64,000 nucleotides of DNA from Octopus bimaculoides (GCF_001194135.2 NC_068991.1:18890649-18954648), one strand, 5' to 3'. Shown: positions 37,124-48,920, numbered from the stretch's first letter. Numbers and translations: made by a program. Notes: generated by a model not told the origin, from the sequence alone.

Positions 37124-37460
37124 AACGTTTCCCTAATAAAAGAAATGGAAAAACTTTCAAAATACAAAGACCTGGAAATAGAGGTAACTCGAATGTGGAA
37201 TCTAAAAACAGAAACAATTCCTATCATAGTAGGTGCCTTAGGTATAATAAAAAAATATTCAGACAAATACATAACAAAAACACCAGGACTTACAAATATA
37301 TATAACATACAGAAAATTGCACTACTGGACACTGCACACATCCTACGCAAAACACTTTCAATACAGTAACCATAAGAGCATCACAGCAAACCACAGCACA
37401 TACCCAAGGCACACAGAGCTGCGCTCGGTAGTGAAGTGAAAGCACGTTATAAAAATAAAA
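37124..37460 (+). mobile_element. 5'-truncated R4/Dong-like LINE 3' end inside (TAA)n
   Basis: KEMEKLSKYKDLEIEVTRMWNLKT...LRKTLSIQ*; nearly identical to the 35465 copy. Confidence 0.85.
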
Positions 37461-37479
37461 CTACTGAACAATAATAATG

Positions 37480-37885
37480 CATTCCCTTGGTGGCTGACAA
37501 TATTTGATTCTCTGATCATGAGCATGTGTAGTGGGAGAGCATCATAGCCATGTGTTAAGAAGGATACTTTGGGGTTTAAATAATTCACCTCTGGAAACAT
37601 GGGTGTTTCATTTATCATCATTAAACAAATGTTATTCATGAACCTTTTGAGCAGGAGCGGCTACTCGACCTGAAGAAAATTCTAACTGGGCTCCACCTGC
37701 AAGGTCATGTGCTGTTTATCTTTAAATGAGGTCACAGTGTCAAGCACATATGGTTGTGATGCATGTGCCTGGTGTACCCTTATCAGACCGGTAGTCATGG
37801 TTGGTATATATTGGGCTTCATATATTTGTACACCCCGTGTCACTTAGATGGCATGTACTGTTCTGTCACTCAATAATAATAATAA
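37480..37885 (+). repeat. Unclassified retroposon 3' fragment with (AAT)n tail
   Basis: Complex GC-richer stretch ending in (AAT)n; no ORF recognised. Confidence 0.4.
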
Positions 37886-38120
37886 TCCTTTCTACTATAG
37901 ACACAAGGCATGGAATTTGTGGGGAGGGGTAAGTCAATCACATTGACCTCAGTATTTGACTGGTACTTATTTTATCACCCCCCCCCCCCCCACACACACA
38001 CACAAAAAGGATGAAAGGCAAAGTCAACCTCAGCAGAAATTGAACTCAGAATGTAGCAACAGGTGAAATTCCACTAAGCATTTTATCCAGCGTGCTACTG
38101 ATTCTGTCAGCTCACTGCCT
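37885..38120 (-). mobile_element. SINE type C
   Basis: aaaggatgaaaggcaaagtcaacctcagcagaaattgaactcagaa. Confidence 0.8.
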
Positions 38121-38156
38121 TATAATAGTAATAATAATATNNNNNNNNNNNNNNNN

Positions 38157-38330
38157 NGACTCTTATATGCTAGAAATAGATGCCAAATCATCTAACCACG
38201 AAGGATATGTTCTCAGTAAAAATTTCAGTGACACAACAGACCGTAAAAGGGCATCTATTTCTAGCATATAGGAGTCCACTTTTGCTGGTCATTCCTCTTA
38301 TTTTTGTGTATATATATATATATATATATG
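38157..38330. mobile_element. Fold-back fragment of the 59838-60850 PLE family
   Basis: 27-bp inverted repeat around a segment matching 59880-59960. Confidence 0.7.
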
Positions 38331-38407
38331 AATATATTTATATGTACATATGTGCGTGTATGTAAATTATATATGCATGTGTAAATATATATATATATAT
38401 ATATATA

Positions 38408-38755
38408 TCCTTTCATATCCTTGCAGAACTGTCTGTCCAAGACAGATGGTTCTGAAATTTCTTTTGGAACAACCTGCACTAGAGCTTTGTTTATAATGAC
38501 CCAATGTATGTGCTGTACATTACCTCACTCCCTCCATCAAATCAATGTTGCCCGGACAGGTGTGCGGTGTACCACACTTCAGGTGTTGAAGTGATTGGTG
38601 AGTAACATGAAACGAATTGCTTTGCTTGAGAACACAATGGACCACCTGGTCCAGGAATTGAAACCATGATCTCTCAATTATGAATGCAACATCCTAACCA
38701 CCAGGCCATGTGCTCTCAACTGTCCTTCTCATACAATCTTGCAACCTGGTACTTA
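38408..38755 (-). mobile_element. Decayed SINE (type D-related), left arm of a long inverted repeat
   Basis: Reverse complement of 40048-40385; 8 mismatches counted. Confidence 0.85.
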
Positions 38756-38759
38756 TTTT

Positions 38760-39055
38760 GAACTCAGAATCTAGCAACAGATGCAATTCCACTAAGCATT
38801 TTATCCAGCATGCTACTGATTCTGTCAGCTTACTGCCTTTGGTTTATTATAATAGTAATAATAATAATTATCATTTCAAATTTTTGTCACGAGAGCAGCT
38901 TGGGAGAAATGGGCATGAGTCGATTGCATCTACCCCCAGTGTTCAACTGGTACTTATTTTATCAACCCTGAAGAGATGAAAAGAAAAGCCGCCCTCAGTG
39001 GAATGCCACTAACCATTTCATCCAGTGTGCTGACAATTCTGTCAACTGGTTGCCT
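38760..39055 (-). mobile_element. Two decayed SINE type C fragments
   Basis: ttgaactcagaat..ccactaagcattttatccagc..gattctgtcagc occurs twice. Confidence 0.65.
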
Positions 39056-39283
39056 TATTATATAGTAATAATAACAATAATAATAATAATAAATGATATA
39101 TTACTAATATCATCATAGTGTTGAAGAGATTATGTGTATTGTATTACTGTGTACCTCTGTGGTTAGAAATCAATGAAATAAATTTTTAAAATGTTTTGTT
39201 TCAAATAAATAATGCTTCTTTACTAGAATTTTCTTTTTCTCACAAAAAAAAAACCCAAAAAACAAAAGAAAAGCGCCGCTCAC

Positions 39284-39295
39284 CAACATTGATTT
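39284..39295 (-). CDS. Candidate 12-nt frame-preserving microexon of an unidentified large host gene
   Basis: Minus strand: TACTAAT (branch point, 39336-39330), AG-free zone, tttttccttgcag|AAATCAATGTTG|gtgagc. No stop in any phase (EINV if phase 1, KSML if phase 0). Lies in ~750 bp of repeat-free flank. Confidence 0.5.
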
Positions 39296-39807
39296 CTGCA
39301 AGGAAAAATCATTTTCAATAGATTTTTATATTAGTATTATTTTTATGTATTTTTCTCTTATAGGAGTTTTTTTTTTTTTTGAAAAAAAATCAATAAAAAT
39401 GTAGAAATTTTTTTTTTTTTTTTCCTGTTATCCAAAGTTATAAGTAAATAATTTTGCTTATATTGTTTATTGTTATGAGGTGTTAAATAAATAAAATTTA
39501 AAGAAAACCAAAAAACAGATTATATATATTAAACACAGTTGGGAAGTCTAGCCTGAAGAAAAACTGAATTTTCAATCTACAGCTTTCCCATTCAAGTCTT
39601 ATTGTGTCCTTGCTGTGTTGTCAGTTAGACAATAGAAGGCTTGCAGTGAGGGGAATTACAACAGGATAAGATTAGTTTAAAATGTTGAGCTTAATCCATT
39701 CTTAGTTCCCTCATTTGTCTTTGCGGGCGGGGGGTTGAAATCATTTTCAAAGAGATATATTATGTAGATTATTGGTGAGTTTATAAATTAGTAAATAGTG
39801 CAGGTAC

Positions 39808-39905
39808 AAGGCATGGCTGTGTGGTTAAAAACATTTGCTTTTTCAACCACATGGTTCTGGGTTCAGTCCCAAGGTGACACTTTGGGCAAGTGTCTTCTAC
39901 TACAA
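39808..39905 (+). mobile_element. SINE type B 5' fragment
   Basis: ggcatggctgtgtggtt...aaccacatggttctgggttcagtccc..ttgggcaagtgtcttctactac. Confidence 0.75.
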
Positions 39906-40047
39906 AGAAAATGGCAAGTGTCTTCCACCGAAGAAAAAAAAAATGATCAGAAGGGGTCACAAGAATGAATGGTGATGAGGTGTCCAGTGGGGTCCCACAA
40001 GGCACAAAGTGGGTAGGAGTGGGGTGGGGGTATGGGAGTGTAGTTTT

Positions 40048-40380
40048 CAAGATTGTATGAGAAGGACAGTTGAGAGCACATGGCTTGGTGGTTAGGATGT
40101 TGCATTCATAATTGAGAGATCATGGTTTCAATTCCTGGACCAGGTGGTCCATTGTGTTCTCAAGCAAAGCAATTCGTTTCATGTTACTCACCAATCACTT
40201 CAACGCCTGAAGTGTGGTACACCACACACCTGTCCAGGCAACATTGATTTGATGGAGGGAGTGAGGTATTGTACAGCACATACATTGGGTCATTATGAAC
40301 AAAGCTCTAGTGCAGGTTGTTCCAAAAGAAATTGCAGAACCATCTGTCTTGGACAGACAGCTCTGCAAGGATATGAAAGA

Positions 40381-40385
<5 letters not shown>
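40048..40385 (+). mobile_element. Decayed SINE (type D-related), right arm of a long inverted repeat
   Basis: Head acatggcttggtggttagg..ggtttcaattcctgg; ~98% identical to the reverse complement of 38408-38755. Confidence 0.85.
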
Positions 40386-40413
<28 letters not shown>

Positions 40414-41282
40414 NNNNNNNNNNNNNNNNNNNNNNNNNNNNNNNNNNNNNNNNNNNNNNNNNNNNNNNNNNNNNNNNNNNNNNNNNNNNNNNNNNNNNNN
40501 NNNNNNNNNNNNNNNNNNNNNNNNNNNNNNNNNNNNNNNNNNNNNNNNNNNNNNNNNNNNNNNNNNNNNNNNNNNNNNNNNNNNNNNNNNNNNNNNNNNN
40601 NNNNNNNNNNNNNNNNNNNNNNNNNNNNNNNNNNNNNNNNNNNNNNNNNNNNNNNNNNNNNNNNNNNNNNNNNNNNNNNNNNNNNNNNNNNNNNNNNNNN
40701 NNNNNNNNNNNNNNNNNNNNNNNNNNNNNNNNNNNNNNNNNNNNNNNNNNNNNNNNNNNNNNNNNNNNNNNNNNNNNNNNNNNNNNNNNNNNNNNNNNNN
40801 NNNNNNNNNNNNNNNNNNNNNNNNNNNNNNNNNNNNNNNNNNNNNNNNNNNNNNNNNNNNNNNNNNNNNNNNNNNNNNNNNNNNNNNNNNNNNNNNNNNN
40901 NNNNNNNNNNNNNNNNNNNNNNNNNNNNNNNNNNNNNNNNNNNNNNNNNNNNNNNNNNNNNNNNNNNNNNNNNNNNNNNNNNNNNNNNNNNNNNNNNNNN
41001 NNNNNNNNNNNNNNNNNNNNNNNNNNNNNNNNNNNNNNNNNNNNNNNNNNNNNNNNNNNNNNNNNNNNNNNNNNNNNNNNNNNNNNNNNNNNNNNNNNNN
41101 NNNNNNNNNNNNNNTACATATGAGAAGGGATGACTACTAAGTGGACATCCATTACGCTATAGATAGACCATCTACGGTCAAACCACAAAAGAAAAGAATG
41201 TTCTCTATCCAATTTATCACCCTTATTATTTAAATATATATATAAATATATATTACAGTAGCACAACTTTTTTTTGTCACTC

Positions 41283-41705
41283 TTTTACTCTTTCATTTGT
41301 TTCAGTCATTTGACTGCAGCCATGCTGGAGCACTGCCCGTAGTCAAACAAATTGACCCCAGGACTTATTCTTTGTAAGCCTAGTACTTATTCCATCGGTC
41401 TCTTTTACCAAACCGCTATGTTATGGGGACGCAAAGACACCAGCATCAGTTGTCAAGCGATGGTGGGGGCACAAACAGAGACATACAAACATACACACAC
41501 ACATGCACAACACACACACACATACACACACACACACACATATATGACAGTCTTCTTTCAGTCTCCATCTACTAAATCCACACACAAGGCTTAGGTTGGC
41601 CTGAGGCTATAGTAGAAGATACTTGCCCAAGGTGCTACGCAATGAGACTGAACTCGGAACCATGTTGTTAGTAAGCAAGCTACTTACCACACAGCCACTC
41701 CTGCA
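41283..41705 (-). mobile_element. SINE type B
   Basis: Full architecture with internal (CA)n, CpG-decayed. Confidence 0.85.
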
Positions 41706-41918
41706 CCTGTTGTATATGTATATTTATTATAATTATTATATTTTCTCATGTTTGTTTTCATCATTGTCCTGTACATTTGTTAGCTATTCCTAGTGGCTTT
41801 TTGAAAAGTGAACAATATCAATGATAAAGGACATGAAATTGCCAAGATATTTTGGATGTAGACTGATGAGGAATTAGCTACAAATTTTCCATTTTTTATG
41901 TTTTTGTTAAACTATTTG

Positions 41919-41949
<31 letters not shown>

Positions 41950-42109
41950 CTAATCGAAATATACAGTATTATATATCCATTACAGCTGATCTTACCAATT
42001 GGTTTTGCACTATGAGTGTTAAGTAACAGTCCGATTATGTAACCCTGTACTCTTCAGAGGTAGTCATTATGAAATGAATTATGGCAACCTGATTTATGGA
42101 ATCTTATAT

Positions 42110-42879
42110 CGCTTACACACACACACACACACAAATATATATATATACACACAAACATATACACACACACACATATACACACTGAGTTATACATATACAT
42201 ACATACATACACACTCACTCTCACACATGTGCACACACATGCACACACACACATAAATACATACATAAATACATACATACATGCATGCATACATGCATGC
42301 ATACATATCGCACCTCATAACAGCATCAGGCGTCTATAAAGAATTTAAGTTGTTTTGCATGTGGCGCTGAAGACCGACAAACATTACTTCCACATAGAGA
42401 ATAACTACATTACCTGTTAATAGAATTTTATTGGATTGCTGTGGCTTCAACATTCTTCACTTCACATAGACCTATTCCATTAAACCTTCAAGAGGAACTT
42501 AAGATGTCTGCAGTTTACTTTCTTTATTCTGACATTTGCAAATAAGTACGTAAAATAGAAATTGATACAGATAAATATAGAGAGAAAGTAAAATTTAGGA
42601 AAGAAAAAAAACTATATAAAATAAAGATATATAAATATGAATAAAATCTATATTGAATAATCTCTGTTGCTACCTTCTTCCTTTCCCTCTTTATTTCTTT
42701 TTTATACATGTGTGTGGTATGCTTATGTGTTTGTGTGTTGATAGACATGTGTATATATATATATATATATATAAAGATATGTATATATTATACACATATG
42801 TATATATGTATGCATATATACATAAATAAGCATTCTATATGTGTGTGTGCATTTATGTATGCATGTGTATATATATATG

Positions 42880-42915
<36 letters not shown>

Positions 42916-43081
42916 AGTGAGTGTACATACACATATCTATATACGTGTGAGTGTTTGTATATCTATATGCATATAAGTTTAAATGCATATATATATATGT
43001 GCATATATGCATATATATGTATATGTGTGTGTTTGTGTATATGTCTAAATCTATATATATGTATATATATATATATATATG

Positions 43082-43133
<52 letters not shown>

Positions 43134-43484
43134 TAATTTAAGGAAAGACACATATATATATATGCGCAATATATGAAAATTGTATTTCAAAATCTATTAT
43201 CTCTGTCTGAGATGAAAGATAAAAGACATTAAAAAAAAAAGGAAAAAGAAAAACAGAAAAATATTCCTACTAAAAATGGTAAACAAAAGTAGCAGACTTG
43301 ATTCCTGCCAGAATGAGACAACGGTGATTCCAGTATCTTTTGCAGTAGATATATTTTGGTTAAAGTAAATATAATAAATGGATTAACAGCAAGATATACA
43401 TATCTGCATAGAGATATGTATGTATGTATGTATGTATAATGTATATGTATGCATATGTATGTATATAAATGTGTGTGTAGATAT

Positions 43485-43556
<72 letters not shown>

Positions 43557-43942
43557 ATGTATTTGTACGTTTATGTATATGAGTCTAGCTATGTATAAAT
43601 GTGTGTGTGTGTATGCATATTTGTATATCAATATAGATGTATGTACATATTTGTAAGTTTGTGTGAATGTATGCATGTGTGAGTGTATGGTCATACATTT
43701 CTATTGTTTATTTTAACTGTATATTTACATAAACATATACACACTCACACACACACATGCGTGTGTGTGTTTATAGATACACCTATACATACTTATATAC
43801 TTATATACACCTGTGCATACATACATACATATATACTTATGTATATATATATATATATAATGGTATACACACATACATATATATATACACACATATGTAC
43901 TTATACCTGCATATATGTTCAGATGCACCTGTACATATATAC

Positions 43943-43990
<48 letters not shown>

Positions 43991-44454
43991 TGATGGGTCA
44001 ATATTTTTATATGCTTGCGTTTTGAAAATATACAAGAATGTAAGTTTTGCGTTGTTGTTTATATAAGATATGTAAATGTGTGTGAGTGTGTTTGTTTGTT
44101 TGTTTGCATATTTTTTGTTTGTTTGTTTGTATGTGCGTCTGTGTTTGTGTCTATGCATATGTGTTTGTATGTATTCCCGTGTGCTCGTGTGATTAGAAAG
44201 AAGCATTGGAATTGATAATCTGATGTCTGAGTTTTTTCCGATAATCTTCAATGGAAAGAGAAGCCAAACATATTTCTGTTCTAATCCTCCTTGTTCTCAG
44301 TAAGACAAAGTGGCAACAATTCTAGAGATAATGGTTATGGACAATCAGGAAAGGCATTGGTAAAATAACCATTTCTTGCAGTTTTATTTATCAAGTTTAC
44401 AGGTGTGTGTGTACTTTGGCTGTGTTTGTATGTCTGTGTGTGTGTATGTGTGTC

Positions 44455-44491
<37 letters not shown>

Positions 44492-44726
44492 TGAGTGCGT
44501 ATGTGTGTATATATGTATATATGCGTGTATGTGTGTGTGTATTTATGGGTATGTATATGTGTGTGTGTGTATACAAATGTGCTTCTGTGTGTGTATTTGT
44601 GTGTGAGTGTTTGTATGTGGTAGTGTACATGTATGCTGTGGTGTCTGCAGGTGTGCGTGTGTGTGTGTATATATGTTTATGTGAGCCTGTGTGAGTGTGT
44701 GCATCAGCATATGTGTGTAACTATGT

Positions 44727-44763
<37 letters not shown>

Positions 44764-44830
44764 CGCGCGCGCACGTAGTGAGGTTGTTTATGCAAGTGCT
44801 TTTGTCTGATGTGCGTGCGTGCGTGCGTGC
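42110..44830. repeat. Microsatellite-rich tract (TA, TG, CA, TGCG) with short unique islands
   Basis: Visible directly in the sequence. Confidence 0.9.
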
Positions 44831-44929
44831 GTGCGTGCGTGTGTAAGAGCGCTCGCAAGTGTTTTCAAATCCGCATGTTTGTTTGTAAAGCGATTTTGCC
44901 TGACCAGAAATGAGTCTCATACATACAGC

Positions 44930-46170
44930 GATGCGCCCTGAAGAGGGCGATCAAATATGAATCAATGGCGCTTAGTGACGAGACAGTGATATAGATGAGA
45001 GGGTGAGCTAGCCTAAAGAGGCGATTAGCAAAGGCATCGCAAATGATGTGGTAGCGGCAAGGATGGCTCTCAACCGTTTCTTCAACGTGGAACACGAAGG
45101 TTTCGTAACCAGGGCTAGAGTTTTTGCACTAAAACAAGAGATAATAAAACTGTGTGATAAGCGCGACCTGTCAACGCAGCCGCGATTTAGTCTTTGGTAA
45201 ACCAGGATTGACTAGTGCTTCTCGGTTCCAAGCAAATGTGTGCAGCATTCCATAAATGCTTTGCTCGACTGTTGAGAGCAAGCAAAAAATTAGAGACTAA
45301 CATGGACTTTAGTGACCACCGCGATTCGCTGCAACGGCTCTCGGCTGGAGAAACAAGGCACTGTGAAAGGTAAATAACAGCGATTGAGGTAAAGGAAGTG
45401 TTAGTTGTTCTACAAGGTGTAAATCACCCGGTTTGGATGGTCTGCATTATGAGTTTTATGGTTATGTGTCAGACCTGTTTGGCGACCTTTTGGCAAACGT
45501 CTATCGCAACTGGCAGCAAAACGAAAGAATTCCCAGTTCAGTGGGCAGATGTGAGAGGCATATCTTTTGAACTAGAATGCAAGAGAAATTTGTCGACGTA
45601 TGCAGATGACATCATCATAGAGGTGTCAAGTACCACGGATGCGCAAGTAGTCGATTCCAGGAGCAAAGATAGAAGACAATTTGGAAAGGCAAATCTATGC
45701 CAACGATCGCTCTAGTAGGTCGCTGGACAAACGGAGTAGCTAAATTGCTCGAAGTTTGCCTTGGTCTCCAGACCTCCAAGTGGACAGGCTGCGAGCAGGG
45801 TGGTCAGCCTCACTCAGAAATGGGATGAGAGGGAGCTATCCCTGAAAAGTCAAGCAGATGTGGCGAATGCCTACATCACCTCCATAATAACTTACCGACT
45901 GGCGCTCCGCCGGCGTTCGCTTCCATGACCCGGCAAGGAACCTGCGCGGAAAACCATAATTGGTTCCGGGGGGAGTATGGTTTCAAATCAGAAACTTAGA
46001 TTGTCTCAGATTTTGTTTAACCAGACTGGAGCATCTATTTTTCTGCTTCCTGTGGCAGGGATGTGTTCCACTGGTCAGGCGGTCCCACCTGTTATCAGCG
46101 CCCTCTGGAAGGCAGGCTTGGCATTCCGTGGCTGCTGAAACACAGGCGCGCTAAGATTACACCATCTGTT
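44930..46170 (+). pseudogene. Tx1/L1-clade ORF2 (RT) relic with internal deletions
   Basis: CKSPGLDGLHYEFYGYVSDLFGDLLANVYRNWQQNERIP; TYADDI; ERELSLKSQADVANAYI; RLEHLFFCFLWQGCVPLVRRS. Confidence 0.88.
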
Positions 46171-46499
46171 TATTCAACTTCAACGAAATATTCCAAATTT
46201 GACACATAATAACCTCAACATTTTAGTATCCAGCATTGGCAACACCACAACCAACAAGAATAGCGTAGTGTATCATGAACATGGGTGGATTACTCCATCA
46301 CAACTACCAATACCACAACCGCCGCTGCTTTTACCGCATCCACATCAGCCAGGAGCATCACCACCATTAACACCACAACTAACATAACAACAGCATCATC
46401 AGCAAAACAAAATATGGCAAAACTGTCTCAACCAGTTTGGTTATACCGACGGCGAATGATTTAAAAGGCCCACAATATTGTAAAACGAGACGGACGATG

Positions 46500-47060
46500 T
46501 AATTTTTATTAGAACTAGTAGGAGTTTTAAATAACAACGGATGTACTTTAAGTTGTAGATGCTTGGACATGAAAGCTGGTACTTTTTAAAACTTAACGCA
46601 TAAACAAGCCGAAAAGTACTTAAGCATATAAAAATCATAAAACTTTCACCTCTTGAGGCAAGCGTTTCGGAACAATAGATATTAGAATTGCCCCTGGAAA
46701 AGAGGTACGAACACCTTCTATCGCTTCTGTAAATGATAATGCGATAGAGGTTAGTGAAGGTAAAAGATTTTACAGCAGAAATAAACATATGGTGGTTGGT
46801 AGCCGCCATAATAGACGAGAAAAAGGATCAAAGGAATATCGTATACATAGAAGAATTTAACCAAGTGAACGGAAGGTTTGGTATTGGTATGGAGATGGCG
46901 AAAAGTACAGAGCCTGAAAACACAGAGAAAATACCAGACTTCCTCATACAGCCAAACTGAAGGTAACTGTTGGTTGTGATGGACGGTAGAAAACCGAGGC
47001 ACCATGTACGCGGCATCACCGCACATCTACGAGCTTTCTCTGCACAAGAGTAACAGACCT
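46500..47060 (+). pseudogene. Tx1/L1-like ORF1 relic
   Basis: FTAEINIWWLVAAII...GIGMEM...KIPDFL...VVMDGRKPRHHVRGITAHL, resembling Tx1 ORF1 (WLVAAI..IPD..VVVEGRRP followed by a decayed CCHC). Confidence 0.5.
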
Positions 47061-47143
47061 CCACTCACTCCGTCCTCCACAGCCTAAACAAAATCAACAA
47101 AAATATAGCTAAGGTTAATGAAAACAACTGAAATCATAACAGT

Positions 47144-47523
47144 GGCACTCCGTCGGTTACGACGACGAGGATTCCAGTTGAGCCGATCAACGGAACAGCC
47201 TGCTCGTGAAATTAACGTGCAAGTGGCTGAGCACTCCACAGACACGTGTACCCTTACCGTAGTTCTCGGGGGAGATTCAGCATGACACAGTGTGACAAGG
47301 CTGACCCTTTGAAATACAGGTACAACAGAAACAGGAAGTAAGAGTGAGAGAAAGTTGTGGTGAAAGAGTACAGCAGGGTTCACCACCATCCCCTGCCGGA
47401 GCCTCGTGGAGCTTTAGGTGTTTTCGCTCAATAAACACTCACAACGCCCGGTCTGGGAATCGAAACCGCGATCCTACGACCGCGAGTCCGCTGCTCTAAC
47501 CACTGGGCCATTGCGCCTCCACT
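47144..47523 (-). mobile_element. SINE type A, young full-length copy with TSD
   Basis: 12-bp TSD AATCATAACAGT at 47132-47143 and 47524-47535; CpGs intact. Confidence 0.95.
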
Positions 47524-48299
47524 AATCATAACAGTATCAAGAGCAGAATAAACAACATCAGCAGCAACAAAAATCTAATTCGACAACAGCAGCAACAAGA
47601 CTGTCAGGCATTAGAAAACAACAATCAGACGCTGCTACCGAATCTCATTGAAAAGAAAATATGCCAGCAATGCTTTCCCCACCCCAACAGCAAAATACAA
47701 ACACAACTACACGTAGTCCCACGCTCACTTCCTTACCCAGATACTGCAGAACAATCGCCAGCCCAACGTGAGAGCCAGTGTGGTCAAAGGGGAGCTAGAT
47801 GTTCTCCACGATTACGACACACTCATACCATCATCGCAATCTCAACAATAGCTCAAACGAAAATCACATAACCCAACTACAGCCCCAATTACAAAATAAG
47901 AGGAAAAACAATCTCCATCACGAAGTCGACAACAAGCACAAAAGCGCATCAGACCAACACCACTACTCTGCCTACAACAACTTCACCGTTTGGAAGACCT
48001 GCGCTGAATTGATGAAAGTGGTGGTCAGCAATGAAAACCTTCATACCAGTGGAGCGGGGCGGTTTTAGAAAGTTCGTTCCAAGAACCCCCAAGAGTCTGA
48101 GTAAAAACAAAATTACTCACAAACTTACAGACCGCTAATAAAGAGTTACCCTTCCGCTGTTAGGCTTTTTAAAAAGATCTCAACAAATACGTCTTAGAAC
48201 GTCAGTTTTACATTTTCCTCCCAACCAATGAGGAGACAGCATCCTGCAGCCTTCTCCAAGGCCAGCATGTATAAACTCTCCATTTTCTTTGTCCGGCAT

Positions 48300-48920
48300 A
48301 TATGGTTGTAATGAGAGCAACCTGTATAAATCAACTTGCACTGGAACTACCTGTTCAATGATCTGAGGTCGCTACACATCGATGGGGTAGCCATGAGCAA
48401 GATCAGGAATCCTAGAACGCAAGCACTAACGCCCATTTTCGGTGTGATTCCGGAAATCCTAAGATCACTAGGTAAGGGCTATCTTCTTGGACGCAGACGG
48501 GAAGTCAATTGCCCTGGACTAAACGGCAGCAAAGATGATACTTTCAGATGGTACTTTGTTCCAACAGAAGCAGGGCGACCAGATTTCTTCAGACATCGAG
48601 AGGTTTGCTTCAGTTTTTCTACTAATGGGGGACTGCATAAGAGAATTGGTGAAAAAAGCCTCGAAAACCTGCTCAGAAACTTCCAGCTGTCGGGTAGTTA
48701 CTGCCTCGATTTCCCTGATACGCTACTGTGGTCATGGAGCAGCAACAGAAGACACCAGGTGCTGCGAAAAACTGACAACAGTCACTGAAAAACTTGAAAT
48801 GATGGGTGGTTGCACAAAGAGAAAATATCTCGGTTTCAATGGTTTGCATTTCGTGTTTTACGAATCCAAACTTGATATGTTTGGTGACCTCCTGGAAGAA
48901 AGCTACCCTAACAGGTAACT
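48300..48920 (+). pseudogene. Second possible Tx1-like ORF1 relic
   Basis: RWYFVPTEAGRP...DFPDTLL resembles the ORF1 pattern ..P.Y.GRR..IPD; weak. Confidence 0.35.

Noticed and set aside
41975-42090. Minus-strand donor TTG|GTAAGA with a 93-nt candidate exon
   Set aside because: Stops in all three phases from the best acceptor; alternative acceptors are weak.
42310-42545. Minus-strand acceptor/donor pairs in a unique island
   Set aside because: Stops in all phases.
44380-44400. Plus-strand 21-nt segment ttcttgcag|...|gtgtgt
   Set aside because: The donor is only the start of a (GT)n microsatellite; no branch-point evidence.
47400-47523. tRNA-Arg-like sequence (also at 3437, 18600, 36770)
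   Set aside because: These are SINE heads: no acceptor stem or terminator, followed by the SINE body, with a TSD around the whole element.
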